A stretch of 64,000 bases of DNA from assembly GCA_965113315.1 (NCBI GenBank), contig OZ220365.1. One strand, 5' to 3'. The notes under the pieces were generated by a model. The model searched no databases and was not told the origin of the DNA. It was given only the letters and a program-made list of their open reading frames with translations. Every line of letters begins with the position of its first letter. The stretch's first letter is position 1. Position numbers and translations under genes: made by a program. Positions 25,195 to 37,592 of this stretch are shown piece by piece. The DNA comes from Podarcis vaucheri. Lineage: Eukaryota.

Positions 25195-25719
25195 AATTCA
25201 GTGATCTTCCTATGCACCCGTAGAACTGCCCATGTGAGGGGTGATATCTCAATGCCTTTCATGAGTGACTGGTAGGAGTGAGTGAGCTCTCACTTGTTCA
25301 GCTCAAATATCCACTGGGATGCTCATTTGGATAGTTCAATATGATTCGTTTGACTTGGGAAGGGCCTCAGCTCAGTGGTAGAGCCAGTTGTGTAGCATGG
25401 GGAAGGGGCCATGGGGGGCACTGCCCCAGACGCAGCATTCTGAGAGGGTGCAATCAGGTGCTCCCATTCAGGCATCGGCTTCTATGGCAATCCCTCCCTG
25501 CCTTGGCAAAGATGGCAGAGTAACTCAGGCCCATGGTGAGTGGGCTTGGACGGAAGGATGCAGGCAAGGGGTGACCTCAGCATGGCCCGGCCCAGAGTTC
25601 CTCTCTGCAGATGCTGGGGAAATTTTCCTGCCAAGAGTTGCGTTGGCAGGCAGGCAGTGGAGCGCCGACCCACTCAGCTCTTGTGGGTGTCAGTTTGCAT
25701 TTCTTAGTGCAGAAAGTAT

Positions 25720-26163
25720 TGATGTGTAGAGATCTTTCCTATTCTACTTAATTCGAGAGGGTTCTGGAAGCTTCTCTGTGTGAAAGAAACCAGCAGAAGG
25801 TTCATGTTGTTTGGGTTATTCCTTTAGAGAAGCTGAGTACAGCTGGCTTAAACTGGTTCTGTTATCTCTTTCTGTCAGGGTCTGTCATGCTGACTATAAT
25901 AGTAGGCCAAAAGGAGCCTGGGTTTCACTTTCTCTTTCTATCTCTCTTCCTTCTGGTGTGGTGTTCTGTACATAGTATGCTTAGGGTCAAGGTTCAGTCT
26001 TATTATAAGTTATTGTAAGTTTAAGTTAAGTTTGCTGCAACTGGATTTCTTATGGACAGTGCCAATCCTCAATGTTACCATTATGCTCATTTGCCTTCAG
26101 TAGCAGTAAAGCTCTGCTGGATGAAATACAATAGCCTCTGGTCTGTTTTGGGGGAATCCTGCA
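25720..26163 (+). mobile_element. Possible solo LTR
   Basis: TG...CA ends, imperfect 6-bp direct repeat AAGTAT / AAGTGT, internal TATAA followed by CT-rich tract and AGTAAA near the 3' end. Confidence 0.3.
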
Positions 26164-26249
26164 AAGTGTTTAAGTTTTTACTCGGCTAACTATACGCTGG
26201 AATCTGCTCTGGATCAATATTGAGTAGAATTCCATGACAGAGGTGGGGT

Positions 26250-26390
26250 GCGTTCTGGCAGTGGGAGAGCATCCGCTGTGCATGCAAAAGGTCCCAGATT
26301 TGATCCCCAGCATCTCTGGGTAGGGGGTCTGAAACCCTGGTGAGGCACTGCCAGTCATAGACAGTACTGTGCTAGATGGACCAGTCCTCT
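26250..26390 (+). mobile_element. Degraded tRNA-derived SINE with CR1-like tail
   Basis: gcatgcaaaaggtcccagatttgatccccagcatctc..gctagatggacca; same family as 40416-40613, 48430-48545 and 54235-54450. Confidence 0.6.
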
Positions 26391-27133
26391 TGCCTCCTTC
26401 CCAAAGCCAGGCAAGCACTTACTGGTCTTTGGGGAAGAGGTGGGAGGTCTCTAGGACCTTGTCAGAACCTCACGCCTCCTTCCCCAAACCTAGCTTAAGC
26501 CTGTGCCACCAGGGCTAGGGGGAGGGCGTCAAATGTTGGCCTCACACAGGGCTGGCATATTACCAAGGCAATTAGCCTGTGAGGTGGCAATTCAGATGCC
26601 ACCACCCAGCCACTCTTTGAAGGCATGGGGTATTTAGATTGTTCTGTCATCCAACTCCGATCAGTTCTGATGGTTTCAAAGAGATTATTTTAATTTTAAA
26701 ACCCACATGCCTTCTTAATTGCAAGGTGAGCACGTGGTAGAGCTCGGTGCTAAATTGGGCATAGCAGCAGGTGGATAATAATAAAAAAATGTGATTTTTC
26801 AAACAGCAGCGTTCCATTTCGGCTGACAGGGGCCCTATGTAAGGTGATGTCTTGCTAAATGATTAATGAGCTCTCTTCCTAATGGTGATGTGGGTTTGTG
26901 AAATATTAACAGCCTCTTCCAAACCTACCTGCCTTAGTGTCTAATATTATTCAATAATACAAAATAGTAATATAATTATATTTCAGGAATGAATAATTGG
27001 ATCAAGTCAGAATGCAGGAAATTTGGGCAAAGTGTTATGACAGCTCATCGAGTCAAATATATTCTGTAGGAATCTTTTCACATGGTGCGTTATTGGCTTA
27101 AAAAAAGAAAAGAAAAGTCACCATAACCCATAG

Positions 27134-27556
27134 TGTTGTTGTCACCTTTCCGTCTAAAGAGACAATGAAATGCACCTCTAGGGGTGGAGTCAAACCACTG
27201 CATTAGCAGCACGGAAGTGACCTCTCCGGGGCGCAAGCCAGGGCAATGCATATGGAGATCCTGGGCTTCTCTCTCAGTCAAAGGAAAGCAGAGCAATACG
27301 TTTGGCACCACCTTGGCTGCAGGAGTTGCTGGAAGGAGGCATGCAAGGTGTCATCCCCCCCCTCCCGATTTGTGTAATGTTTATTTAGCTTCCCAAAGAT
27401 GTCCCACAAGGCAGCGGGTACAGATTTTTCCTCGGCGGCTTACTCCCGAAGCCTTTCTCATGAATGAGTATGGCTGCAAGGCAACCGAAGTTTAGGAGAA
27501 GAGTTTTCCTTCTCCTAAATGGCCTAACCTGCCAGCTGACAAGCTCCATCTGCCCC
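27134..27556 (-). mobile_element. Short non-autonomous non-LTR retroposon (RTE/Ingi-like ends)
   Basis: Minus strand starts gggcagatggagcttgtcag..taggagaaggaaaactc and ends cattgtctct..gacaacaaca (CAA-type tail). Confidence 0.45.
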
Positions 27557-30500
27557 TCAATCAAATAGCCTGTGTTCATTGTTATAGAGATGAACCCAGG
27601 AAATTAAAAGGTCTTTTTCCAGTTTCAAATACGTTCAGCTCTTTTGGCTGCGTTTCTGACACTTAACTGGCTGGGGACTGATGGGAGTTGTAGTCCAAAA
27701 CATCTGGAAGGCACCACTTTGGGAAAGGTCACATTAGCATTGTAGCATCCCTCCCATGGTAATGTTCTGTACCTAATCTCAGATAAATTGTTTCATGTGG
27801 TTCTGAAGTGTGCTCATTCCTAATAGATCCCCATTTCTTACGTTTGATCAGAAGTGCAAGTGTAGTTCAGCTCTTTAAATTGCAATACCAATGATGTGGG
27901 GACTGACCTTATTCTAAAGTGTAGTGCCTTAGTTTTGACCTGGTCCACTTTGAGCAATCACTATGAGATTGAAAACTGGGATGAGGACCTCCAGAGTATA
28001 TTGGCACATTGCTCGTATTTAACAGAGGTCATTCTTAAGGACTGAAAAACCGACATTATCTACATACCGTCAACTTTTGTGGCTGTTTTCCTTTTAAATT
28101 AGATGGGCTTTTATTCCCCTGTGCATTTAGTAACAGGAGACATTCTTTGACATAATGTATCCTTGTTACAAATTTTCTATCCAAAGGGGCAGTAAGTACT
28201 GCCTTATATAGCAAAAATTAGAAATTGAGTGGGTGTCATTTTTTAAAAAACGGGAGTATCTTTGGCAGTTAGAAGGTGTTAAATGAGAGAGATAAAATGG
28301 GTAAGAAAACCAGTATAATCAACAAGTACCATATGTATCATTCTGTTGTTCTCATTGCCTTTTGCATGAACCAGGGTGCAAAAGCAGAGAGGGATACATA
28401 GGAGTACATTGCATTTGGAGGCTGCTGCTGAATAGCAACCAAGGAGATCATGTGCCGGACTAACACCAGGGGGTTGCATTGCTGGGTATCAGCAGAGGGG
28501 ATCTACTGCCAGCTGCCCATTCCTTCTGTCACTGCCTGTTCACATGCCCTCTCTGAGCAAGTGAGTGGTGACAGAACAAGGAGAAGGAACAACATTCCAT
28601 TTGCCTGCCTGCCCTTGCCTACTGAGCACAGAGGAACAGGGCAAGTGAATGGGAAGTTGCAGCAATGATCAGGAGGAGGTGGAGCTACTCCAGGAGGTGA
28701 CCACTAAGGACACTCCAGAACCCACAGCCAACACTGGAACTGTACATTTATTGGTTGCACCCAAGCCGGTGGTGAGGTCTGATTCATGCTGTTCATGTAC
28801 TGCCACAATCCCCAGAGTAGAGGATCCTAGCAGCCAGTGCAGATGGATGACATCATCACCTTGTGCTCTTCTCAGCACCTTGGAATCTTCACAAATGAAC
28901 CTTAAAGAACAAAAACCCAGCCGGAATCGCCCCACATACACCCAAACACACATACATAATGGGCAAGGCATTGCAGTTTAACCATTCAGACACATCACTG
29001 TATGCTCATTAATCTGCTTCTTGCAGAACTATTATTGATTTAAAAGCACAGAAGTTGTTTTGCTATTAGAGTACATATTTAATGATACAAATTTTTCTCC
29101 TCTCATTAGATTATATTGACTTTGTATGAGAATGACAAATTATGCTATTATTATACTACGGTGGACTGTAACTTGTAAGCGTTGAGTGTCTTCTAACATC
29201 CCGTGCATTTTAGGATACCTGCTTAATTGAGTCACATTGATGTATAATGTCTTTATAAATTCTTTATTCAATAAGAAAAAAACCTCTGAAGAATACATTA
29301 ACAAAGCATTTCTTAGCAATAGGATACAGCTTCAGTAATGAAAGAATACATCAGGGTGATGAAATAGGCAGAGGAAACAAAGGAAATAGAAAAAAAAACT
29401 CACTTTTCTCAAGCTGTCAGTGAGGAATGAGACCTGTTTTAATTTGGAGGGTTTTTTTTAAAAAAAGAAGCCGGTGTGGTAGGAAAGGTAGAATAAATGA
29501 AGCATACTGTAGTTCAGAATTCAGACTGATTGTTTTCCGTGACATCACACCAAGCTAAATTATTCTGTGCAGTGCAGTCCTATATATGGGTAACCATGCA
29601 TATGGTTGTAAATCCCCACTATGTTCAATGGGGCGTACTCCCAGGGACATAATCTAGGACTGCAACCTAACCTGGCAGTGGACAACTTGGGCTGCCCATG
29701 CTTAGGACTTAACTTACTCTCACTTCTGATTGGTTAATGCCATTGCTGACGTGTTTAGCTGCCAAAGGTAAGGTGGAGCAACGCAAACTGAGACAGTGGC
29801 CCCAAACGCCCAACAGTGTCACCAAGAATTCTAGACAGGAGTGTATGCATGCGATGAATCCTGAAGGAGTACAACAGAAGTAAATAATGCAATATTGGAT
29901 ATGGAATAGAGAGTCCTGAGAAACTACCATTTATGATTCTAGCCCATATGGACACAGAGCGTGTGGGCAATGCCTGCACAAATGTCAAGAGCCAAGAGAC
30001 GTGGCTGAATTAAAATAAGATTCCCAGTGATTATGGGTGAGGTGTCAGTGCCCTAAATAGCTTCTTGACTAGCAGAACCAGAATAATTCGTGCAAAATCA
30101 TGGAGAATGAATAAATTATGCAGAGCAGATAAATTATGTAAATATGTTATATCTGCATAATTTATGCAGGTTGTAACTTTTTGACATAGAATTGGGATCT
30201 CTTGGGTGAAGAATTTTAATATTTATTTATTAGAGTCAAGTACACATCACCCCAATTCTGAGGATTGGTGTCAGTTTGCACTGGAAAAAAGACCCAGGCA
30301 AGTGTGCTGCTTTCAGAAAAGAGATTTCTTTGCCAAACTGAGAATGTAACACAGAACTCTCCATAACATTACATAGGATTTTGGTGTACACGTAGCATGC
30401 ATTAGAAGCCAGCTGTATTAAGTAGATGATCTAGACTTGGTGTGTTTTTAAGATTAGCAGATTAAAGCTGCAATTCTGAATATGCTTATCCCCAGGTCAT

Positions 30501-31940
30501 CCCCAGCAACTGATCACAAAGATTCTGGATTGGAGAGTACGTATTCGGGTCTATATTTAGCCACCCCTGACCTGGCCTCAAAAATATAGCAAAACAGAAA
30601 AACACAAATATAATGTGTAGGCATCCTGATTTATATACAATTCTACATGGCTTTCCTTAACATTTCTGAAAGTTAAAATTGACCGGACAGAACCAAAGCC
30701 GCCAGAGTCAGTTGATCCACAGGATTGCTTGTCCTTCATGGCCCTTGAGGAAATAGAATGAAATGCATGAAAATGTGTTGTTTGTAGTGGTTAAGTAAAC
30801 AAAAACTTGAAGGGGTTAAATATGCAGGAACACTATTACACAAAGGTGGGGAGGAGAGTGTTGGTGGGATCACATTATACATAATATTTCAGGCAAGAAG
30901 TTTATTGAATCCAACATGAATTTAGAGATTGTTCGAAACAAGCCTAGTAAACAGGAGTTGCTGTTTTGATTTACTACTCCAGCAACATGCCTTGCATGAA
31001 ATTCATAAAATGATATTATGTCAATTCTGGAAGCTATAAAGTTAACCTATATAGATAACAGCCTCAGCCTCAAAATTATAATAGCACCATGATGTGGCAA
31101 TGATTTCTTTGCTTGACTATGAAATGGCAAAGAGATTTAAAATGTCATGCTTTGGGGTGTATGACAAATAATGTTATTAATCTTCTATAACAGGGAAGCA
31201 AGTTATTTATCCTAAGAGTCACATATCAAATTCTTCATATGTCACAAGAGTCACAAGCCGAAGCCCTGCATTACTGATTGATTGCATTCCCACCCACCCT
31301 CCAATTTCTTGCGGCTTCTTCCTTCCTCACCGACACCACAATCCATTTTTGTCTCTGTCTCCATCACTTCCCCACACCCCAGAATTTCCCTCCCCATTGA
31401 ACCCACTTCTGCTCTTTCTATTTTGCTTCCCTTTGTTGTTCCAATAAGACCACAAAATCAGTGGTTAGCTTAAGTCCTTAGACATGCACATTAGTCCAAG
31501 GCTGTATTCCGAAAGCATTCTGTTCTGGCTTCCTGACATTTTCATGGCTGTTAATTTTAATGTTTTATGGGGTCTTTCACATGATATAAAAGCCACTTCT
31601 GGAAATCTACAAATCTACCAGAAATTTAGCACTCATTTCCATGTTAATTGTTTCCAGAAAGCCCCCCTCCCAAAAAATCTGGAATTCCATAATATTGCAG
31701 GAGTGTTGTGTTGTAAGTTTCTCATTGGATTTCATACACTCGTGTAATGCAACTTTGGCTAGTATTTTGACAACCCGCACGATGGATCATGGGAAAGGGG
31801 GGAGGGAATGGCAACACGTCTAATGGTGTTTATTGTTGTGACACCATACCCACTGGTGTGAATGAAATTTAGTATGTCATGGATGTATATCAATAATAAT
31901 AACACTAAAAAACCCCCAGAGTCCCATAATGCCTTGGGAA

Positions 31941-32253
31941 TTAAATCACAGAGCCTAGGGCTTGCCAATCAGAAGGTCAGCAGTTCGAATCCCCGGGATG
32001 AGTGCCCGTTGCTCGGTCCCAGCTCCTGCCAACCTAGCAGTTCGAAAGCACGCCAAAGTGCAAGTAGATAAATAGGTACTGCTCCAGCAGGAAGGTAAAC
32101 GGCGTTTCCGTGTGCTGCTCTGGTTCTCCAGAAGTGGCTTAGTCATGATGGCCACATGACCCAGAAGCTCCCTCAGCCTGCGGAGTGAGATGAGCGCCGC
32201 AACCCCAGAGTCGTCCGCAACTGGACCTAATGGTCAAGGGTACCTTTACCTTT
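31941..32253 (+). mobile_element. Sauria SINE lacking the A box
   Basis: Colinear with the other copies from ttaaatcacagagcctagg to tacctttaccttt. Confidence 0.9.
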
Positions 32254-32630
32254 TACGACAATATAAAAAGAATGTTAGAAATCAGGACAGAAGTTGCTAG
32301 CATTATAACCAGTAAAACAAATGCAATAAACCCCATGTCTGAATGCAGCGCAAGAGGTCTTTTACCATAAAAATCATCAATTATAAAATTCCTCAAGTGT
32401 CTCTACTCTGAGACTCTTATGTTTAAAAGAAATAGGGGAGGAATAAACTTGAATGGTAAGACTTGCTTTCAGACCTGGGGCCCACTTTTAAGCCTAACAT
32501 GCATTTGGAGACCTAGTTCTTAATTGATTTACCTTTTATTTGTATGATGGCAGTGTTCCTATTGCAACCCACCTTAGATCAGGCCATGAGAAAGTAGTGG
32601 ATCCACCAGCAGAAGAACAATGTCTTAGAT

Positions 32631-32766
32631 CATGCTTCCTCAACCTCGGCCCTGCAGATGTTTTTGGCTTACAACTCCCATGATTCCTAGCTAGCAGGAC
32701 CAGTGGTCAGGGATGATGGGAATTGCTGTCTCAAAACATCTGGGGGGCCGAGGCTGAGGAAGCCTG
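32631..32766. mobile_element. hAT MITE
   Basis: Nearly fully palindromic (CATGCTTCCTCAACCTCGGCCC / GGGCCGAGGCTGAGGAAGCCTG); perfect 8-bp TSD TCTTAGAT (32623-32630, 32767-32774). Confidence 0.88.
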
Positions 32767-34719
32767 TCTTAGATTATAAGGGAATATGTGGGTTTCCTTT
32801 TCCCTCTCATGAGTCTGTGGGACTCACACAGTATTTGCTACTGGATATCACACAGTATTTGTTTTATAGACAGCCAAATGTTAGCCCATTTCTAACTGAA
32901 AGGGTCAATGCATTTTTTCCACATTTCTTGTACAAATAATACATTTAAAAGTCAGGAAATCTGTTGCATTTGGACTCATCCCACATGGACTGACATTAAA
33001 TGTAATACATTTTAGTTGTCAGGAAAGAATTGTTTTTCAGAGTTACGCAACAGTGAAACCATTCAAGCCGTCAGCATATATTAAATTTATAGTAATTTAA
33101 AGTGTGAATTTTCAAATTTGACTGGTTCTGCTTATTTGCCACAATACATTTCATATTTAAGTTATAGTTTAAATTCAACTTTATAAATAAAAAAATAGAA
33201 CTTTTGCATTCTTCCCTTGTAGCCTATAATTACAGGGTTTAAAAAGTTCAATTTGAATTTGTAATTGATTATTCTTAACATTTTATATTCAGAATTTATT
33301 TCTCTGATTTTATACCGGTTTTCCTCCTATGCTAAAAGTACATGTTGACTTGGTGATTGCCACAAACTTGATTCTACTATTCATATATGTGTTATGTGTT
33401 CTTCTGCATGTCCAGGGATGGCAGAGTAAGCCAGATGCGTCAAGCACATAATTTTCGACACTTCCACAGGACACAGGACACAACCACCTCCAACCTTCTG
33501 GACTACAACTCCCATCAACCCCAGCTAGCATGGTCAGTAGTGATGGGAGTTGTAGTCCAAAACCTCTGTAGGGTACTGGAAGGTTTCTGGAAGGCTGGCC
33601 AAGAAGTTCATGCAGACAGATTGGCAACGTAATAGGGTGCAGAGTTAATGCATTGTTATTTCCCTCCCCGCACCCCAGAATAGTCATGCAGAAAAACACA
33701 GTGTTGGCCACAGTAATAGTACCCACAAGTTAATGTTTTCTGAGTCAGCTTTGAGTTTTGAAAATAATCTGTATAAGGAAAATGGAACTGTCCTAACACT
33801 TAGAAACAACCCACATCCACGCCATTTCTTTATCGCCAGCATAAATTCTCTGCACACCCAGTAACCTGCTTTATCTTCATTTATGGCATTTTGTGAACAC
33901 AGCAACTGGTATCTCCCAACCTGGGTCCTTACTTGCTGGTGCAGCAGTTCTTTGAATCTGGCCATTAGGGTTTTATGAAAACAGTATTTAAGGGAAATGA
34001 GGTAAAGTCATAATGCGCATACTTGTGAACATTTCTGATTTATGATTCCATCATTTTTCATACTGATTGCTCTTGTACATATTTTGCTGTGAGAGCAAAT
34101 CGCCCTCTAGATCACCCTTCCCGTGCGTGTGCGTTTTAAATAATAAATAGGAACTCCAAATGAGTTTTCATGTCAATCACTTGAGAAATCAGACGCACTT
34201 TACAAAGCCCAGGCATTTCCATTTATATCATGAACTTGGCTTTGAATTATAGCTATTGTGTTGCGAGTTGCAATTTTGAGATGCAAACATTAAGCCGGAC
34301 GTGCAAATCACAGCCAGTTGCTTGGGCAGATGAAACGTCCACATGTGCAGCCAGGAAAACGAGGCCAGTCCTAAGAACAGCGGGAATTGTCTTCTTGATT
34401 GAAGTGAGGGTGCATGCGGAGCAGGGGGGACACACTCTCATGTCTGGATATGGTAATCATAAAAAGACTACAAGCCAGCAATAAGGGGGCTGAATGTCAG
34501 GAGTGTCATTTTTAATAGAAAAGCAGTAGTAATCCTCAGGCCCTTTGAGAAGAAGGTAACAGGGTTAAGTATGCTGGCCTTACGCATAGAAGGGGCCACA
34601 CACACAGTAAACTCAGCGAGAAGAAATGATGATGACATATTCTGCTTCTGAGCCTCTCAGAATGTTAAAACAGACCTATTAATTATTATCTTTTATTAAT
34701 GCACTAGTAAGGTCACACC

Positions 34720-35071
34720 GGGATGCGGGTGGCGCTGTGGGTTAAACCACAGAGCTTAGGACTTGCCGATCAGAAGGTCGGTGGTACGAATCTCTGAGAC
34801 GAGGTGAGCTCCCGTTGCTCGGTCCCTGCTCCTGCCAACCTAGCAGTTCGAAAGCACATCAAAGTGCAAGTAAATAAGGTACCGCTCCGGTGGGAAGGTA
34901 AACGGCGTTTCTGTGAGGTGCTCTGGTTCGCCAGAAGCAGCTTAGTCATGCTGGCCACATGACCCGGAAGCTGTCTGCGGACAAACGCTGGCTCCCTCAG
35001 CCAATAAAGCGAGATGAGCGCCGCAACCCTAGAGTCGGTCACGACTGGACCTAATGGTCAGGGGTCCCTTT
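34720..35071 (+). mobile_element. Sauria SINE, outer element of a nest; its tail resumes at 37634-37641
   Basis: Full head and body; 12-bp TSD TAAGGTCACACC at 34708-34719 and 37642-37653 brackets the entire nest. Confidence 0.92.
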
Positions 35072-35410
35072 AAGGTAAAGGTAAAGGTACCCCTGCTCGT
35101 ACAGGCCAGTCATGTCCGACTCTAGGGTTGTGCGCCCATCTCACTTAAGAGGCCGGGGGCCAGCGCTGTCCGCAGACACTTCCGGGTCACGTGGCCAGCG
35201 TGACAAGCTGCATCTGGCGAGCCAGCGCAGCACATGGAAACGCCATTTACCTTCCCACTAGTAAGCGGTCCCTATTTATATACTTCCTCCTGGGGGTGTT
35301 TTCGAACTGCTAGGTTGGCAGGCGCTGGGACCGAGCAACGGGAGCGCACCCTGCCGCGGGGATTCGAACCGCCGACCTGATAATCGGAAAGTCCTAGGCG
35401 CTGAGGTTTT

Positions 35411-37592
35411 TTTAAAAATGATATTTATTAAAAGTTTAACAATTACAAAAAAGGGGGGAAGAGACAATAAAGAGTTACAATACATCAAAAAAATAAATAA
35501 AAAACAGAATAAAAAAGGAATTCAACAATACAAGTCAATAAAAAGAAAAAAGGAAAAAAACAAAACACACATTACATCAAAACCAAAAACAAAAGCAGAC
35601 AAAAAAATTAAAAACCAAATCCAATATTCCCAAATCTTTATCTTTCATTAACTTGTTTCATCGACCTCCTCACGCCTCCCTTTTTTGTATTCTAGTTATT
35701 AATTATCTCAGCAAATCCTTTCCATCTTTCACTATATTCTGTTATTAACTTACCTTAATTTATTTTAACCTTATCTTACCATAAAAAGCCCTAAAGCTTA
35801 AAGCTTAAAACTTATTTATACATAATTCCTTAAAGCATTTCTACTAAAGCCAAATAGTTTCATTCCAACATTTTTTCTAACACTCATTAATTTTACAAAA
35901 ATTCTCTAAATGAATTTTTAAACTTTCTTCTAATCTTCATCCATCGTCTCTTCTTCCTGGTCTCGGGTTTTGTCCGTCCTTTCTATCCCTTCCATCTAGT
36001 CCATCAACCTGGTGACCTTCTATCCGAGGCTCTTAAGTCTTTTCCATGTCCCTTCTGCAGATCTTCTTCATATTTATACCTGCACTTTACTTTGTCTTCT
36101 GCTGATCTTATTCTTAATTTCCTTCCATTCTCACTGAGGGGTAGATCTCGGGGAGACTCCAACTTGACAGTATCTTTATCCCTTCTCGACAGGTCAGCCC
36201 ATTCTCCATAGTCAGCACTGAAATCCAAAAGATATTTGAAGGCATATTTCAAAGTCCCTCCAAGGTTAAGGGCCCCCACAACTCCAAACTCCCCCTGGCC
36301 CAAAACCAGATCCCGAAAGTCAAAACATCCCTGCATAGGGGGATCTATCCAGCTTCCCATCTCCAAACCAAACAGTACTCCATCTCTCCAGATCTGACTT
36401 TCTCCAGGTTCAGTCGTCAGAAACAACAACTTATGTTCCTGCAAGGCCGCAACTCTCTCCATTTCTGTTACTTGAGGTTCAGCAACAACCTCCTCCTTTG
36501 TCTCCTGCACAACTTGCCCTGTCAAAGCAAATTCCTGGATTGGTCCCTGCGTGGTTTCTATATAGGTATTCACTGTTTGTCCAAAATTGCTAACTGCAAC
36601 AGTCATCAAATCCATCTTCTTATGTAGCTGTTCCAGTAAAGCACTTGTCTTGCAAAAAGCAAGCACTAAAACTTCTTCTGGGCACATTCTTTTTCAAGGT
36701 CAAATGTCTGGTTCTCACGATCTTTAATCTCCACAGCTGTAGAATTCCCCAGATCGACTCCAGCAACAGTTTCACAAGCTCCCTCTAGAGGAAACAATTT
36801 CTGATTGTATCTGTCTTTTTAAAAGCAGATCCAGCAACAAAATTCCTTTTGTTTTTCAGATATTTTGTTCCTTCTAAGTGCAAAAGGAAACATTGGAATC
36901 AATATGTTTCTCTTTTTTAACTATCTGCCAAAAAATGTTTTATTCACAGTCAATGAACTTCCCCAAAGCGTCTGTCTCTGACACCCCGTTCCCAGGTTCA
37001 AGACGGTGGAAATTTATCTTTCTTTACTCTCTCTCCTGCAGGTTTAAGCAGTCTAAGATTTCCCCCCTCTTCTCCTGCTTCCAAGGGGGGTTTAGTAGTT
37101 TTAACTGATGGAAATTTAGTCCTTTACAAACGACTTTCCAGACTTTAGCTTGCAATGTCTTTGCTTCAATCTATTTACAAAAGCGGAAGGCGGACTTCCT
37201 GTTTAGACCTTCCCGCTTCGGTGCCAAATTAAGATGTTTCATAATCCAATTTTCCGTTCTACTCACGGGTAGTTGTTTAAAGTCCAATTGTCCACAGGAA
37301 AAAGTCAGCACTCTCCGGCAACAGCAATGCGGCTTCACTCCTTGAAAAGAGCAGTCGATTCGAAGCACCGCGCCGCTCACCCCACGTCGCTCCGGATCCC
37401 CGAAACTGGGTTTCCCCGTGAGTAGGGGAGGCGCAAAAGGTGCCGGCCGAATCCCACGTCCACAGGCTTCTCCCGCCTGTGGTTTTTAGTGGGTCTCCGC
37501 CTCGCCGTGGTGGTCCAGACCCTAGTTTCACGAAGCGGATTCCTCCCGGTCAGAGGAAATCCGCCATTGCCGGAGGCGCTAACCAGGAAGTC
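35411..37592 (-). mobile_element. Complete non-autonomous L1 derivative (HAL1-like), about 2.2 kb
   Basis: 18-bp TSD CCTAGG(C/T)GCTGAGGTTTT (35393-35410, 37593-37610); CpG-rich 5' end GACTTCCTGG..CAATGGCGG; one 227-aa ORF; decayed ORF2 C-terminus at about 35877-35983; L1-type 3' UTR with AATAAA and A tail; no RT. Confidence 0.85.
36004..36687 (-). CDS. ORF of the non-autonomous L1 derivative; N-terminal half coiled-coil-like (ORF1-related?), C-terminal half unrecognised
   Basis: 227 open codons from ATG in the element's sense orientation; helical E/Q/K-rich N-terminus; no recognisable ORF1 RRM, EN or RT motif. Confidence 0.5.
   Translation of the reverse strand: MCPEEVLVLAFCKTSALLEQLHKKMDLMTVAVSNFGQTVNTYIETTQGPIQEFALTGQVVQETKEEVVAEPQVTEMERVAALQEHKLLFLTTEPGESQIWRDGVLFGLEMGSWIDPPMQGCFDFRDLVLGQGEFGVVGALNLGGTLKYAFKYLLDFSADYGEWADLSRRDKDTVKLESPRDLPLSENGRKLRIRSAEDKVKCRYKYEEDLQKGHGKDLRASDRRSPG

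Noticed and set aside
3685-37592. Split L1 in which the 2.2-kb element supplies promoter and ORF1 to the downstream ORF2
   Set aside because: The 3' ends show different families, they are about 28 kb apart, and the upstream element has its own poly(A) signal; no splice evidence.
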